From Torpedo marmorata (taxonomy: Eukaryota): DNA of 64,000 nucleotides. Made by a program: the position numbers and the translations under genes. Below the pieces are notes generated by a model. It had not been told where the DNA came from. It saw only the letters and a program-made list of their open reading frames with translations, and made no database searches. Each line of letters begins with the position of its first letter. Within the stretch, counting starts at the first letter, position 1. Location of the stretch: positions 125,302,001-125,366,000 of the forward strand of contig OZ360227.1 of assembly GCA_977017645.1 (NCBI GenBank), read 5' to 3'. Positions 23,531-35,525 of this stretch are shown in pieces.

Positions 23531-24241
23531 TGCCATTTTTACTGCCTTCTGCTTCAAATGGTGAGTTGGCTTGCACTTTTAATCATGACGTATTTTGTAG
23601 GTATTCTCTGTTTACTCCTGCATCTCAGACTTGCTACAATGAATCATGAACTTCTCAGGCTCAGCCAACCAAAATAGTCACTAATATCCTCAACTTTGTC
23701 ATTTTTGATGGTTGTGATTCTACACTATTTTCATCATCAGGGTAAAAGCTGTGCTCAATGGAATCTCAACCCCACAATTAATTCATTGCAGTAAATAATA
23801 ACTAAACAAAATGTATGCCCATGTCAAGAGAATTTAAATTTGTGCATTTTTTTTAGGGGTCAATAACCTTTTACACTGCCACTCAATGGTAAAACTTCAA
23901 TGACACTGTCAGGTCTCTATGGGTCCAAATGAATGGGATCATCCTGCTGCCATTTGCCAGAGGGAGAGAGGGAAGTTCTTCACCTTAAGAAGCTGTGGAG
24001 GGAACTTGGGATTTAGTCATACCAATGGAAGAAATAGAGTTGTTTTGAGCTCTATTGTTGCCTTTCAAGATATAGAGAATACTTGATCAACATTACAGTC
24101 ATTCCTTAATTTATGAAAAGGATGCATGCTTGTAAAATATTTGGCTAAGGGAAATTTTGTAAATCATAAAGCCTGGGTCAAATGCATTACAGGTAATTTG
24201 GTGCAATTCTATTTATTATAGAAAAAGATCACAGAAAAAGG

Positions 24242-24524
24242 TAACCTTGATTAGAGGGAGGGGATAGATTAGATTTAGTTTTTAGGTTTTTTTTTGTTTG
24301 GTTCTTTTTTTTTCATTTGAAAATTTGTAATATGGGTTTCAACATGATTTTTACAGTATATTCATAACTTGTCTCTCATGTGGATTCAGGAACTGGTCAA
24401 TGTAGTTCCATCTGGGTTTTTTTTCTTTTGTATTTGTATGTGTATGAGATGACTTGTTATGTGTTCGTCTTAAAAATTTTTGTATATAATTTCATATGTT
24501 AAACTCAATAAAAATATTTTAAAA
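24242..24524 (+). mobile_element. L1-type 3' UTR insertion with TSD
   Basis: G-rich then T-rich UTR, AATAAA; flanked by agaaaaagatca(c)agaaaaagg at 24220-24241 and 24525-24545. Confidence 0.7.
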
Positions 24525-24543
24525 AGAAAAAGATCAAGAAAAA

Positions 24544-24830
24544 GGCACGGTTAGTGTAACGGTTAGCGCAACGCCTTTACAGCGCCAGCGATTGGGACCG
24601 GACCTGGGTTCGAGTCCCGCGCTGTCTGTAAGGAGTTTGTACGTTCTCCCCGTGTCTGCGTGGGTTTTATCCGGGGGCTCCGGTTTCCTCCCACCCTTCA
24701 AAATGTACCGGGGGTGTAGGTTAAGTGTAGGTTAATGGGGTGTAAATTGGGCGGCATGGACTCGTAGGGCCGAAATGGCCTGTTACAGTGCTGTAAGTCT
24801 AAATAAAAAATAAATAAATAAAAATAAATC
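24544..24830 (+). mobile_element. Young V-SINE (HE1-like)
   Basis: CpG-rich copy, B-box GGTTCGAGTCC, V-domain, 11-bp internal tandem duplication gtgtaggttaa, (TAAA)n tail. Confidence 0.92.
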
Positions 24831-24942
24831 AAAGAAATGGATCCCTAAGAATCAATGAGTCAAATATTTGTTAATATTTATAAATCAAGGAACATTATCA
24901 AATGACAAGATCACTACTTTTGGTGGATGAAGTATAACTTTT

Positions 24943-25326
24943 TTTTTCCTTTTAAAATATTTTTATTGAGTTTAACATATCTTACATACATAATTGTAAT
25001 GAACAGATAACAAATCTTTTCATATACATGTAAAATAACATCTTGGAACTACATAGAACTATGTTCATATAAACCGAAGTTAGGTTCTGTTTATTTTGAA
25101 ATAAACACTAACAGACATAGTCAAACCCATTTCTTATTTACTCAACAAAAAGAGTTAAAAAATATATATATAAAAAGAAAAAAAAAGGGGAAAAAAGTTC
25201 AACAAAAAAAATTCAAAACGAACCTAATTCTAAACTAATTCTAATCTAACCCCTTTCTCTAATCAAGGTTGCCATTGAAAAAAAAAGGGGTACAATTATG
25301 GATCAAATAGCGACCTCCAGACTCCA
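24943..25326 (-). mobile_element. L1-type 3' UTR insertion with 14-bp TSD
   Basis: Perfect TSD GAAGTATAACTTTT (24929-24942, 25327-25340); poly-T and ttttattga on +; minus-strand target T/AAAA. Confidence 0.8.
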
Positions 25327-25362
25327 GAAGTATAACTTTTAGATATTTCCCAGAGGCAGATT

Positions 25363-27150
25363 TAAGTTTAAGTGTTCAGTTAACTTTTGTCACATTATAC
25401 CCAGGGCAGTGAGAAGAATTATTCTGAAAGCATGCTATAGGTTATCTCTAATAGTAACATTCATATAGCCGCCTAATGAGTAAAATTTACATAGTATAGG
25501 AGTGCAATGAAAAGCAAGATCGATTGGCACCAAGTAACGGCAGCATGGTAACACTGTTGCGGGGCTCATTCAGGAGCCAGATAGTTGGACGGAGGTTTTT
25601 GGTGTGCCCCTTTACACTCTTAAGCCTTCTCATCGATGGGAGAAGGGAGAAGAGAGTGCGTCCCAGGTATGATGGGTCCTTCAGTATGTTGGCTGCCTTT
25701 GCTAGGAAGAGGGTGATATAGATGGGAGTCCATGGAGGAGAGGGAAGTTCACGTTATGTTCCAAGTTACATTCATCACCCTCCTCTTCTGATTTTGAGCA
25801 TAGTCGCCTCCATACCATACTGCAATTGATCCAGCAAGTATGCTTTTGATGATGCAGCTGTAAATGTTGTTGACAGCAAGGGGGACCAGCCGAATTTCTT
25901 TAGTCTTCTCAGAAAGTAGACCGACGTGTCAATATGTTTGTCCCAGGTCAGGTCATTGAAAATATTTATTCCTAAGATGTTGAAGCTTGAACTCTATCCA
26001 CTTTGATGGCATTAAAGTGGACAGAGGTGTGTACTCTGCCCCCTCTCCTGAAGTCAGTGATCATCTCCTTTGTCTTATTGATGTTGAGAGAGAGGTTGTT
26101 ATCTTGACACCCTTCCACTCAACTTTCATTCTCTTTCCTGTATTCCATCTCATCAATATTTGATACCCGGCCAACTACTGTGGTGTTATCGGCAAATTTG
26201 AAGATGGAGCTCGAATGGTATTTATCTGTGCAGTTATAGGTGTGGAAGGAGTATAGTATTGGACTGAGTACATATCCTTGGGGAGCGCTGGTGTTGAATG
26301 GGATTGCGGAGATGTTGCCCATCCTCACTGATTGCGGTCAGTTAGACAGGAGGTCAAGGATCCAGTTGCAGAGGGGGCTGCTGAGGCCTAGATGTTGAAG
26401 TTTGGGAATGAGACTATGTTGTTGAAGACAGCTGTAGTCTATGAACAGTAGTCTAATATAGGTATCCCAGGTGTTTCAGGGCTGAGTGGAGATGGTGTAT
26501 GCTGTGGTACTGTTTGGACAGTAGGCAAATTGAAGTGGGTCAACACTGGCTGATAGGCTAGAGTCGAACTGAGCCATGACCCTCTTCTCAAAGCACTTCA
26601 TGATGGTCGATGTCAGAGCCACATTGTTTTTAGGCCCGTTATTGTGCTTTCTTCGGTACTGGTATAATGGAAGCCTTCTTGAAGCATCTGAGAACTGTTG
26701 GGAGAGATTAAAGATGGCTGTGAATACATGCACCAGTTGAGCTGCGCAGGCTCTCAGAACATGTCCTGCAACTCCGTCTGGGTGAGTTCACCCACCAGAA
26801 GCCTGTCCTGGCTCCAACAGCGGTGATGAAGGGTGCGGCGTTGCTTGTAGTCGATGATGTGGATGACACCTCCTTGCTGGCTCCTTGTTCAAAGCAAGCA
26901 TAGAACATGTTTAACTGATGGGAGAGTATTGTGTTGCTGCATTCTCTGGTGTTCAGCTTTGATTTGTACTCTCTGATAGCTTACACGGCCTGCCTTAGTC
27001 GCCGGTGACTGTGATATTCTCTTAGTGCTCGAGCTTGGTGCAGTACCGTCTCTTACGCCTCTGATGGCCTTATGGAAATCGTACTTGGATTTCTTGTAGA
27101 GGCCTCGGTCTCCTGACGTGAATGCTTCTAACCTGGCCTTCAGCAGCATA
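25363..27150 (-). mobile_element. Older Rex1/Babar-type LINE
   Basis: SAPQGYVLSPILYSFHT...FKFADNTTVVG; VALTSTIMKCFE; DPLQFAY; many indels. Confidence 0.88.
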
Positions 27151-28479
27151 AAGGCATTAAGCAGAATTTATATAGATCATTCATAAATATACTCAGGTCA
27201 TTTAGATATGTAGTCAAAACAATTTCAGCACTATTTCTATTATCTATATTTGGGTTTTAAAAATGGGGAATAATAACAAAAATAATGTTGAGTTGAAGAA
27301 AACCTAAATCTGGATTGCTAAGTCTTCTTCTAATGATACCTTAAACTTTTCTCACGTGTTACAAAAATTCATTATCATTTTAAATTTAACTAATTGAAAA
27401 CAATTTTCATGAACTTATCTGCATAAAAATTGGATTTTCTGGAGAGTTATCTGACTCCATATCAATTATCTTCTAAGGGTAGGTTTCAATGAAACTTTAG
27501 ATTTATGACTTGGTATTTAGAAGGCAGATTGATTCTGGATATAAGATGGTGTCTATTTACAGTTTATGGAATGCTCATATGATGTTGATTTGAGGACATT
27601 ACTTACTGATGATGTCAAAATAGCAGAAGTACATGAACAAAGTCATATTATTTTAACTTGTGCTACATTCTCGATATTTGAATAGATAAGATTATTGATT
27701 TTATTTATATTTCATTTCAAGACAGGAAAGATATATAATTTCAATTCCTTTACAATATTTTGCTTAAATTTTAACCTAATGTCATTAATGACCTTAAATG
27801 ATACCAAATACCGAACAGAGTTAACAATAGCTTTCTACTTTCTTTTTACAATTCAGAAGTTTAACTCAATGCAGTAGATCATTATGTTTGACCTGAGAAT
27901 TAATGATTTATAAATGAAACATGAGCAATCCCTTGTGCAATATTTCAAGAATGAGACTCAGTGAGAAAATGTGATTAAAAATGTGTCTAATAAAATGAAC
28001 CTGTAATTACAAAAGAATACAGGCATCAACATTTCTTCAAATTTGGCATTTTTCATTTTTACTGTTATGCTTCTATTTATATTAAAAATATTCAGCCATC
28101 TTCATCTTTGGAAGTTTGCCAAACAACAATTTTAATTTAATTTGAAAGCTACAGCGTATCAATGTGAAATTAAAATCATTTGCTTACGTAGGCAGATTGG
28201 GTAATACAATTGCACAGAGTAGCTGAGGGCTTAAAACAATTTTAAATCACATTCATTTTTTAAAATTAATAATTGTGGAAAATTATTTTCCTATCCATCA
28301 TTAATGAGGACTATTTGGTAATAATTTATGGGATTTTACTTTATTTTTTCAACCATAATATGTAAACATTGCTGAGAAAGCCAGTATTTATTGCCTAATT
28401 TCCCTTTGAATAGACTTGCTTACAATGCCACCTTGAAGAGAGACACATCATGGTATATGTGGAACCATCTATCAGCCGG

Positions 28480-29135
28480 ACTGGAGCGGGATGACAGATT
28501 TTAGCCCAAGGTCTTGTGAAGAAATGTGTATCAAATACTCTACTAAGTACTTCAGTCATGATGAGGAAGTCCTCGACCACACCATCGAGCACTAAGTTCA
28601 AACCCTCACCAACTTCAGGGTGAAAAATAATTTCTCCTCTAATTCTTCCCACAATAACCTAAAACTATAACCTTATGAATTAGGCAACTTGTCCACTCTT
28701 TCTATTCACTCCATTTAGCCCAGTCATAATTAGTTACTTACCTAATTAAATCTCTTCTTAGGCATTTCAGCTTCACCGTAAATAACTTCAGTTTAGCCGA
28801 TTTTTCCTCCTGATCTTCCATTTGGAGCAATTTTGAGCAAATGTGAATATTTACTTATTTATCCTTTTATATGTATTATTTATTTGTTTGGCTCATGGTT
28901 TATTGTGGTAAGATGGTTTATACTATTGTTGTTGGTGTATCGGAATTTCAGTGCAACTGCACATTGCACTTATGTATATGAGAATAAACTCTCATTCTCA
29001 GCTTCATTATTCACTACACCTATACTAGTCTAACACATTCTTCCTGTGGTATGGTGCCCAGACCAATGCAAAGTTCTCTAGTTGTGGCCAAATAGCATTT
29101 TGTTCGGTTCTAGTATAAGCTCCCAGCCTTAAATT
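28480..29135 (-). mobile_element. Old CR1 3' fragment
   Basis: ttcaaaccctcaccaacttcagggtgaaaaata...ggtgcccagaccaatgcaaagttctc matches antisense CR1 ORF2 C-terminus. Confidence 0.6.
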
Positions 29136-29284
29136 CTATACCACAACCAAAAAAATGTACATTGAGTTTCTTTGTTTTTCTTTTCTTCCACAGATGTTAA
29201 AATCCCACCAATTGTTTTCTATTGATTGAACATTATTTGCAGCATACCACAACAAGCAAGAGCAACTAGAACCCCACTGTAGGT

Positions 29285-29530
29285 AAACAGAACGTCTGTA
29301 GATTCTGGAAAATTGGAGCAACACACAAAGTGCTGGAGGAAGTCATGGAGGCAACAGATAGTCGATGTATCAGGCCAAAGCCCTTCATTTCAAATAGTAA
29401 CAACCAGATAGACACCTGAATAAAAGGGTGGGAGGGGGAGAAGGGGGAGGAGCGCAGGCTGGCAGATGCTAGGTGACAAATGGGATGGGAAAGAAAAGAA
29501 AGGAGTAAGAGGTGATGGGAAAGGGGCTAC
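29285..29530 (-). mobile_element. Penelope terminal repeat / UTR fragment
   Basis: gtctgtagattctggaaaattggagcaacacacaaagtgctggagg...ggccaaagcccttcat, then a purine-rich UTR. Confidence 0.7.
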
Positions 29531-31110
29531 TATAAGCAAATTTACGGTCACTAAAACACTTGTAGACCATCACCTTTCCTTCTGTTACTCAGCCAGTTTT
29601 GTATTCAGCCTTTCATTCTCTTTGTTACAGTGGACTTTACTTTCCTGACCATTTTTGAAAATAGATATGTGTCTAATCTGAATGAAAGATAAAATGAGGA
29701 AATAACAAAGACTCTGTCTATCATTATACAACACTCTTTGACTGAAGGCATAGTTCCAGAGAGTTGGAAAATAGTTAACATGGTACTGTTCTTGAAATAA
29801 AAGGATGAAAAGAATAGACATATTATCTGGAGCCCAGTCAACATAAAATTAACAGTGGGAGAATTATTGGAAATATTTATGAGAGATTATTTGAGATGTT
29901 ATTTAGTGAGTCACACTCAGGACAAAACTGTTAAGTAAAATGTTAGGCCTAACTCGTAAGATGGAATTTTTGGTGAAATTTTGGCAAGGTAACATAGAAA
30001 GTCTGTAATATGAAAGCTGCTCAAAATTCTTATCAAAATCCATATAGTTAACATTAACTACACTTTATTCATCAACTATCTGTGTAACTCCTCCAAATGT
30101 TCTGTCGTGTTTTTTGTCATGTTTACTCTGGCAAGTGTGGATGATGGTCACAGCAGTGGGCAGGATCATACTGCACAGTTCTGGTCAGAATTGGTGCTCG
30201 GGTCAGCTTGTACCAGACATCTTTGCCTGCTCATAGGAACACAGAAGGTAGAATGAACTGGAAGTGGGATGCAGGAGCATCTGATGCCCCACATTACCAA
30301 ATGACTCCCCATTTAATCTGGAGGCAGAGTGTAGACATTCAGCTCTTTAGCTTCATGCTACGTATGGTGGCACAAGTAGCACAGCTTCATGCATTTGGAT
30401 AGGATAGCACAGGGTAAGTAATTTTTCATCTCTGTTTTACGAAGGACTTTAAATTAGTTTCCTGCTCATTAGTTTTATGATATATATTTTTTTAATTATT
30501 TACGGTAAATACAATTTAACAGTTTTTAAATGCTTCTGATTGCCAAAGTTTCTTTAAAATCTTCTAAAGCCTTCATAAGCTATCAGAGGGCCATCAGGTG
30601 ATAAGGGGGGGGGGTGGGGGTGGTAAGAAAGGCTTGATAGAGCTGAGGGTCTCAGGGTCACAGCTTTACCATTCATGGTCTATTCCACTATGGGAAGTCT
30701 TCCAGTGCAGTTGTACCTAAAGGTTGTGGACAGCAAGCCTGGCAGTGGGAAAAGAGTGGTGACTAAGCACAAGTGCGGATGCCAGAAACCATCTGATGGT
30801 GCTTTTGCAAGAACTAGACAGCTGAGAAGAAAGCTCTCCCTGATGGGCAATTTAACAGAGTCACTCTCAGAACCTCAAAAGTGGTTCAGCTTCCATCCTT
30901 TCACTGGAGGACAAATTGTCATGGCATGCAGAGAAAAAATCTCTTGTGAAATTATGCCATGCACAAAATTAAGTCATTAGTATTTGACAATATATACCAA
31001 AATCAACATTGGTCGTAAAATTGGACCCTGAGGATCACCCTGCCTCCATTCCTTCAGTCAGAAATGCAATAATTCACCAATTTTCAATCCACAATGCCAC
31101 TGCCCCTTTA

Positions 31111-31372
31111 TTTAAGATTGAAGATTATTTTATTGTTGTGTAATAAAACAGAAAATGTGATATTACATGAAATTTCCTTTCGTCTACCGAAAGGCAGACA
31201 ATGATTCACTATCAGCCAAAATTGCACAGCGCCCCTTACAGCTAGAGAAAGAGAAGCAAAAGAGAGTCCTCCCAGGTTCACTAAATGTTTATGACTTTGC
31301 CTCCAGCACTGCCGCAGCCTCCGCAGCCACTCAGCCTTCAGTCCGAACCATCAGCAACCTGAGCTCCAGATG
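31111..31372 (-). mobile_element. 3' end of the non-coding retroposon family seen at 8331-8545
   Basis: gagaaagagaagcaaaagagagtcc is the reverse complement of ggactctcttttgcttctctttctc (8369-8393); same tail layout. Confidence 0.75.
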
Positions 31373-31534
31373 CACACCAATTAAATATCATTAGTTCAAG
31401 GTTTACTCACATTAGGTGGTACTTTATCCAATGCTTTTTGGTAACTCAAGCACACACCCACCATACAATTTTTCATCAAGACATTTACTTCACTGACAAT
31501 AAAACTTTAATTTACAAAATTGTTTAATATTGCA

Positions 31535-32290
31535 GACTGTCTCATGGCATTGTTCAGGGATAAAATTTGACACCAACCACTTAAGGAGTTATTTTTGGGG
31601 GAAAAATGGATCTAATAAGGACACAAGTAGCAGGAATTTGGGAGATTTTATCTTTATGAAGAATGAAAAATAGAAGGCCAACTATAAGAACATTGACATC
31701 CAAAGATAGACAAACCATGGATAAGCATTTTGGGAGAAGATGAGCACAGATGGAAAGAGAAATCTGTAGTCTTAGTGATGGATTGGGTATGCGATCAAAT
31801 GCTCAATTTGGGACTAAATTAATTGTGAACAGTCTAGCTGAGCCTCAGGTAGTTGTGAGTGAGAGGAATGCTCTTGGTAGCTCTGGAACAGAATATGGCT
31901 GATATCAAATACAATAGCTTGAGTTTTCCCCGTATTTAGTTCAAGGAAGTTTCTTTGCTGTTGGAGAAGTTTTCAGACAATTTAGAGACTCTGGAGAAGA
32001 CGAGGAGAGATGGTGGTGAGGTCGAGTTGGGAGTCTGCCCAAATTCAATGGGAAGAGGAAAAATTGCTGACTGGATAGATGTGAATGCAAACAGCTGGAT
32101 TGCTGTCCCATGTTGTTGGCTAAGGATGTAGAAGCACCGGAGAAGGAAGATTTCAAAAACTGCAGAGAAGTGAGAGGGACATGGAGAAAGAGTTTACCAT
32201 GATCACAGTGATATCGTGTCATTTTTGTCCTTGATAAGAGCAGCATTGGTATGATGGCAGAGACAGAAATTAATTGGGTGAATTCAAATT
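31535..32290 (-). mobile_element. Old L2 remnants
   Basis: aaatttgacaccaaccacttaaggag and other purine-rich antisense L2 segments; boundaries approximate. Confidence 0.45.
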
Positions 32291-32859
32291 GAAATTCTGG
32301 GAAAGACAGGAAAAAGAGCCAGGTTGCTTCCTTTCCCAATAATCTTTATTTTGGCAATTATTTATTATCTAACATTTTTCCAAATAGTTCATTGTCAACA
32401 AAATGTTTCCCTACCAGCAACATTAGACTCACTGGTCTTATACCAAGCTGTAATATATTTGGACAGGATCCTTTATAACCTATGAAATTTGAGTCAAAGA
32501 ATAGACAAGGCCATTCAGATTTATCTCTCCACTTTTTTGAACCTTGCAATTCTACTGTCCTCTGACTTCCACAATCTCCACCTGACTTTGCTTGGTTATA
32601 TAGAATGCATTTCTTTGAGACAGGATGACCTTCTGACTTCAACCCTGCCAATCTTTAAAACACATTTTAATCTATTTTTAAACCTATCCAATTTCTTTGC
32701 TACTTCTTCACTTACAATGACATCGGTAGCACATACCTCTTCAGCAAAGGCAAAGTAACCAGCTGGCAATATGAACCCTGCCTTTCACCTCCAAAAGAAG
32801 ATCTCCTGAATGGCCTTATCTATTCTTTGACTCAAATTTTGTATGTTATATAGGATCCT

Positions 32860-33325
32860 GTACAAATACAGTATATTACACCTTGGTATGAGAACTACCC
32901 TGCGCAAGGCAGCAAGAAACTGCAGAGTTGTGAATGCAGCTCAGGCCAACCAGCATCCCATCCATTGACTATCTATACTCTCAAATGTCATGGAAAAACT
33001 GCCAACATATTAAAGGACCCATCCCACCTCCTTCATACACTCATCACCACTCTTCCATCAGGCAGAAGATGCATGCATTTGAAAAAATGCACTTCCAAAT
33101 TCACAGATAGTTTGTTTCCTGCTGTTATCTCTCACTGGGAGTTGCATTAGTTTCAACTGTATTTTTTATCTACCTTGCACTACTTGACTTATTATAACCC
33201 TACTTTCTACACTATTATTTATTATTGCACTATCTGCTATATGAGTTAATGCCTGGACAGCACACAAAATTAAGTTTGTTATCTGTGATTCGCTACAGGT
33301 GACAACAAACAATTGAATTCAATAC
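32860..33325 (+). mobile_element. Old Rex1-type 3' end
   Basis: KTANILKDPSHLLHTLITTLPSGRR...FTDSLFPAVI followed by a UTR. Confidence 0.75.
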
Positions 33326-33370
33326 AATGTGGTTAGAAGGTGGATGAAACCAAGAGGGAGTTGGGGGAAT

Positions 33371-33405
33371 AGAGAGAGAGAGAGTGAGAGAGAGAGAGAG
33401 AGAGG

Positions 33406-33440
<35 letters not shown>
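33371..33440. repeat. (GA)n microsatellite, imperfect
   Basis: Direct reading. Confidence 0.95.
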
Positions 33441-33441
<1 letters not shown>

Positions 33442-33700
33442 ATAAGGGTTCTCTGAAATAGGAAGATTCAATGTTCATACCATTGGGTTATAGACTCCCC
33501 AGGCAGAATATAAGGTGTTGTTCCTCCAGTTTGCCATCTGCCTGGGTAGACACAACACCTATATTTCTATTTCTCCTGGTTAGTCACACAAACTAGAACA
33601 ACTCCTTTTCCCCCTACAGATATTGCTCAACCTACTGAGTTCCTACAGTAGTTTGATTTATGCTCTGAACTCCAGCATCTGCAGTTTTCTGTGTCTCATT
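33440..33700. mobile_element. Penelope fragments in inverted arrangement
   Basis: Antisense GIY-YIG C-terminus (aggtgttgttcctccagttt), then a plus-strand terminal repeat (acctactgagttcct...ccagcatctgcag). Confidence 0.65.
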
Positions 33701-33980
33701 TAAACTGAGGCACTACTAGAGGCACGTAAAAGATCCTACTGCAATATTTCAAAGGTAAGCAGAGAAGTTATCTCGAATGTCATTGCAAATATATACCTCT
33801 CAATCAATGTCTCAAAAGCAGATTACCTTTTCATTTTTATGTTGTTATTGACAGAAGCTGGCTGTGCACAAATTGGATGCCATGTTTCCTACATTAAAAT
33901 GTCCTACACTTCAAAAGTACTTCATTGAGTGCAAGGTGTTTAAATATATCCTGAAAGATGCGTGAAAGATATACATGTGT
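33700..33980 (+). mobile_element. Deu-domain SINE remnant (SacSINE1-like)
   Basis: gtaaaagatcctactgcaatatttc...gctgtgcacaaattggatgccatgtttcctacatta...cttcaaaagtacttcattg. Confidence 0.65.
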
Positions 33981-35234
33981 GACCCTTTTTTATATTTCAT
34001 TAATCATGCAATATTAATGCTTCAGCAGAAAATTTGCTCTGCCAATGTTCCTGGCAATCATCATCATCATCAACATCAGACAGTAATTTGTTATGATTCT
34101 CCACCACTGACCAAAGCCAGATTTTGCTGAGAAACAGTAATGTATGAAGATCAGAGGAGCAATATAAGCACTGGTATCACTGTTTGTCATGGATACAACT
34201 ATATTTATAAAATACAATGAATACCAGACTTTCAAATGAACACATAGGTCAAACTGGCTTACATGTTCTAAGATAGTACCTGCATGTTCTTTTCAAATAT
34301 TGTTGAAAATTTGCTAAGTGTCAAATCACTCCAGTAATTAGAAATTAACTGACGTTTTGTTACTGATTCAATGTCTCAATGGCGAATCTGGGATTCAGTC
34401 TGAAAATAGTGGTGATTACTAGCAAAGCATTTTGCTTGCAATAACTTGCCTAGTGACTGCCTGAGTGAAAGAATGTATCACTTTTAAGAATCCACAGAGA
34501 GTGTATAATTTTTTTCACCACTGGCATTACAAGAACCATGGAGTCTAAAACACAGCATTGACAGCTCCTATTGGAGCTCCTCTGACTGGAGAAGGCAATA
34601 AATTCTCTCCAGAACTGATTAACTTATTTTAGCATACATTTGGTACCATGAGAAGGTTTCAAAGAACTATGGATCTGTGCCACTGTGCGTTATGATTCCA
34701 CTCTGCTTAGGAGGCTAAGAACTAGCTTCTAATTCACAATTCGCCAGATCATACCTGTTCTACAGCTTTAAGATTTTCAGTTTGACTCTTTTAATTGACA
34801 TTGAAATATTGAAAATGTGATAGTTAGGAGAATATTTTCCTTAGACTTAGACAAAAAATAAACTGATAGCTCAGATACTGGAAATAACTAGCAACATTTT
34901 CAATATCGAGTCACAAGCTTTTATTTGATTTCAGTGCAGAACTAATTTATGGAATATGGCATTGTAGAGCAGGCACTAAATTCACAAAAGAACATTCTTC
35001 AAGAATCCCCTTAAAACCCAAACAGTTGTCTCATCATTATTGCTTTTATTATTTTCATTGTGCAATTGATCAATGTGTAATATTGAGAGCAAAAACAAAC
35101 TAAAATACAAAGTGAAAATAAATATGGCATCATCTTCATCATCATCACCATCAGAAGCATTCAGAATCAGCACCAATCATATCTACTCTGTGTGATTTGT
35201 TCTGTGATTTGCAGAGAATATAATTATTTATTCT

Positions 35235-35525
35235 GACAGCAAAGGAGACTATTTGGCTCAACATGTCTGTACCGACTCTCAGAGGAGTCTCATCAGTCTC
35301 ATTCCCCACAATTATTTCCCTATAATTTCACAAGCCCAACATCTCCCCATTAATTCCCCTGCTGACACCTACAGTAGGGGTAAGTTGGAGTAGGCATTTA
35401 ACCTTCCAACCAGCAAGTCTTTGGATTGTGGGAGGAAATTGGAGCACTCAGAGGAAACTGACTCAATCACAGGGACAACATGCAACTTCACACAATGAAC
35501 ATCCAGGATTAAACTCAGGTCAGGG
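35235..35525 (-). mobile_element. Old V-SINE
   Basis: Antisense V-domain tgtgggaggaaattggagcactcagaggaaac. Confidence 0.65.

Noticed and set aside
29194-29282. Exon with a strong polypyrimidine acceptor and GT donor
   Set aside because: Stops in all three frames; it could only be non-coding, which the sequence alone cannot support.
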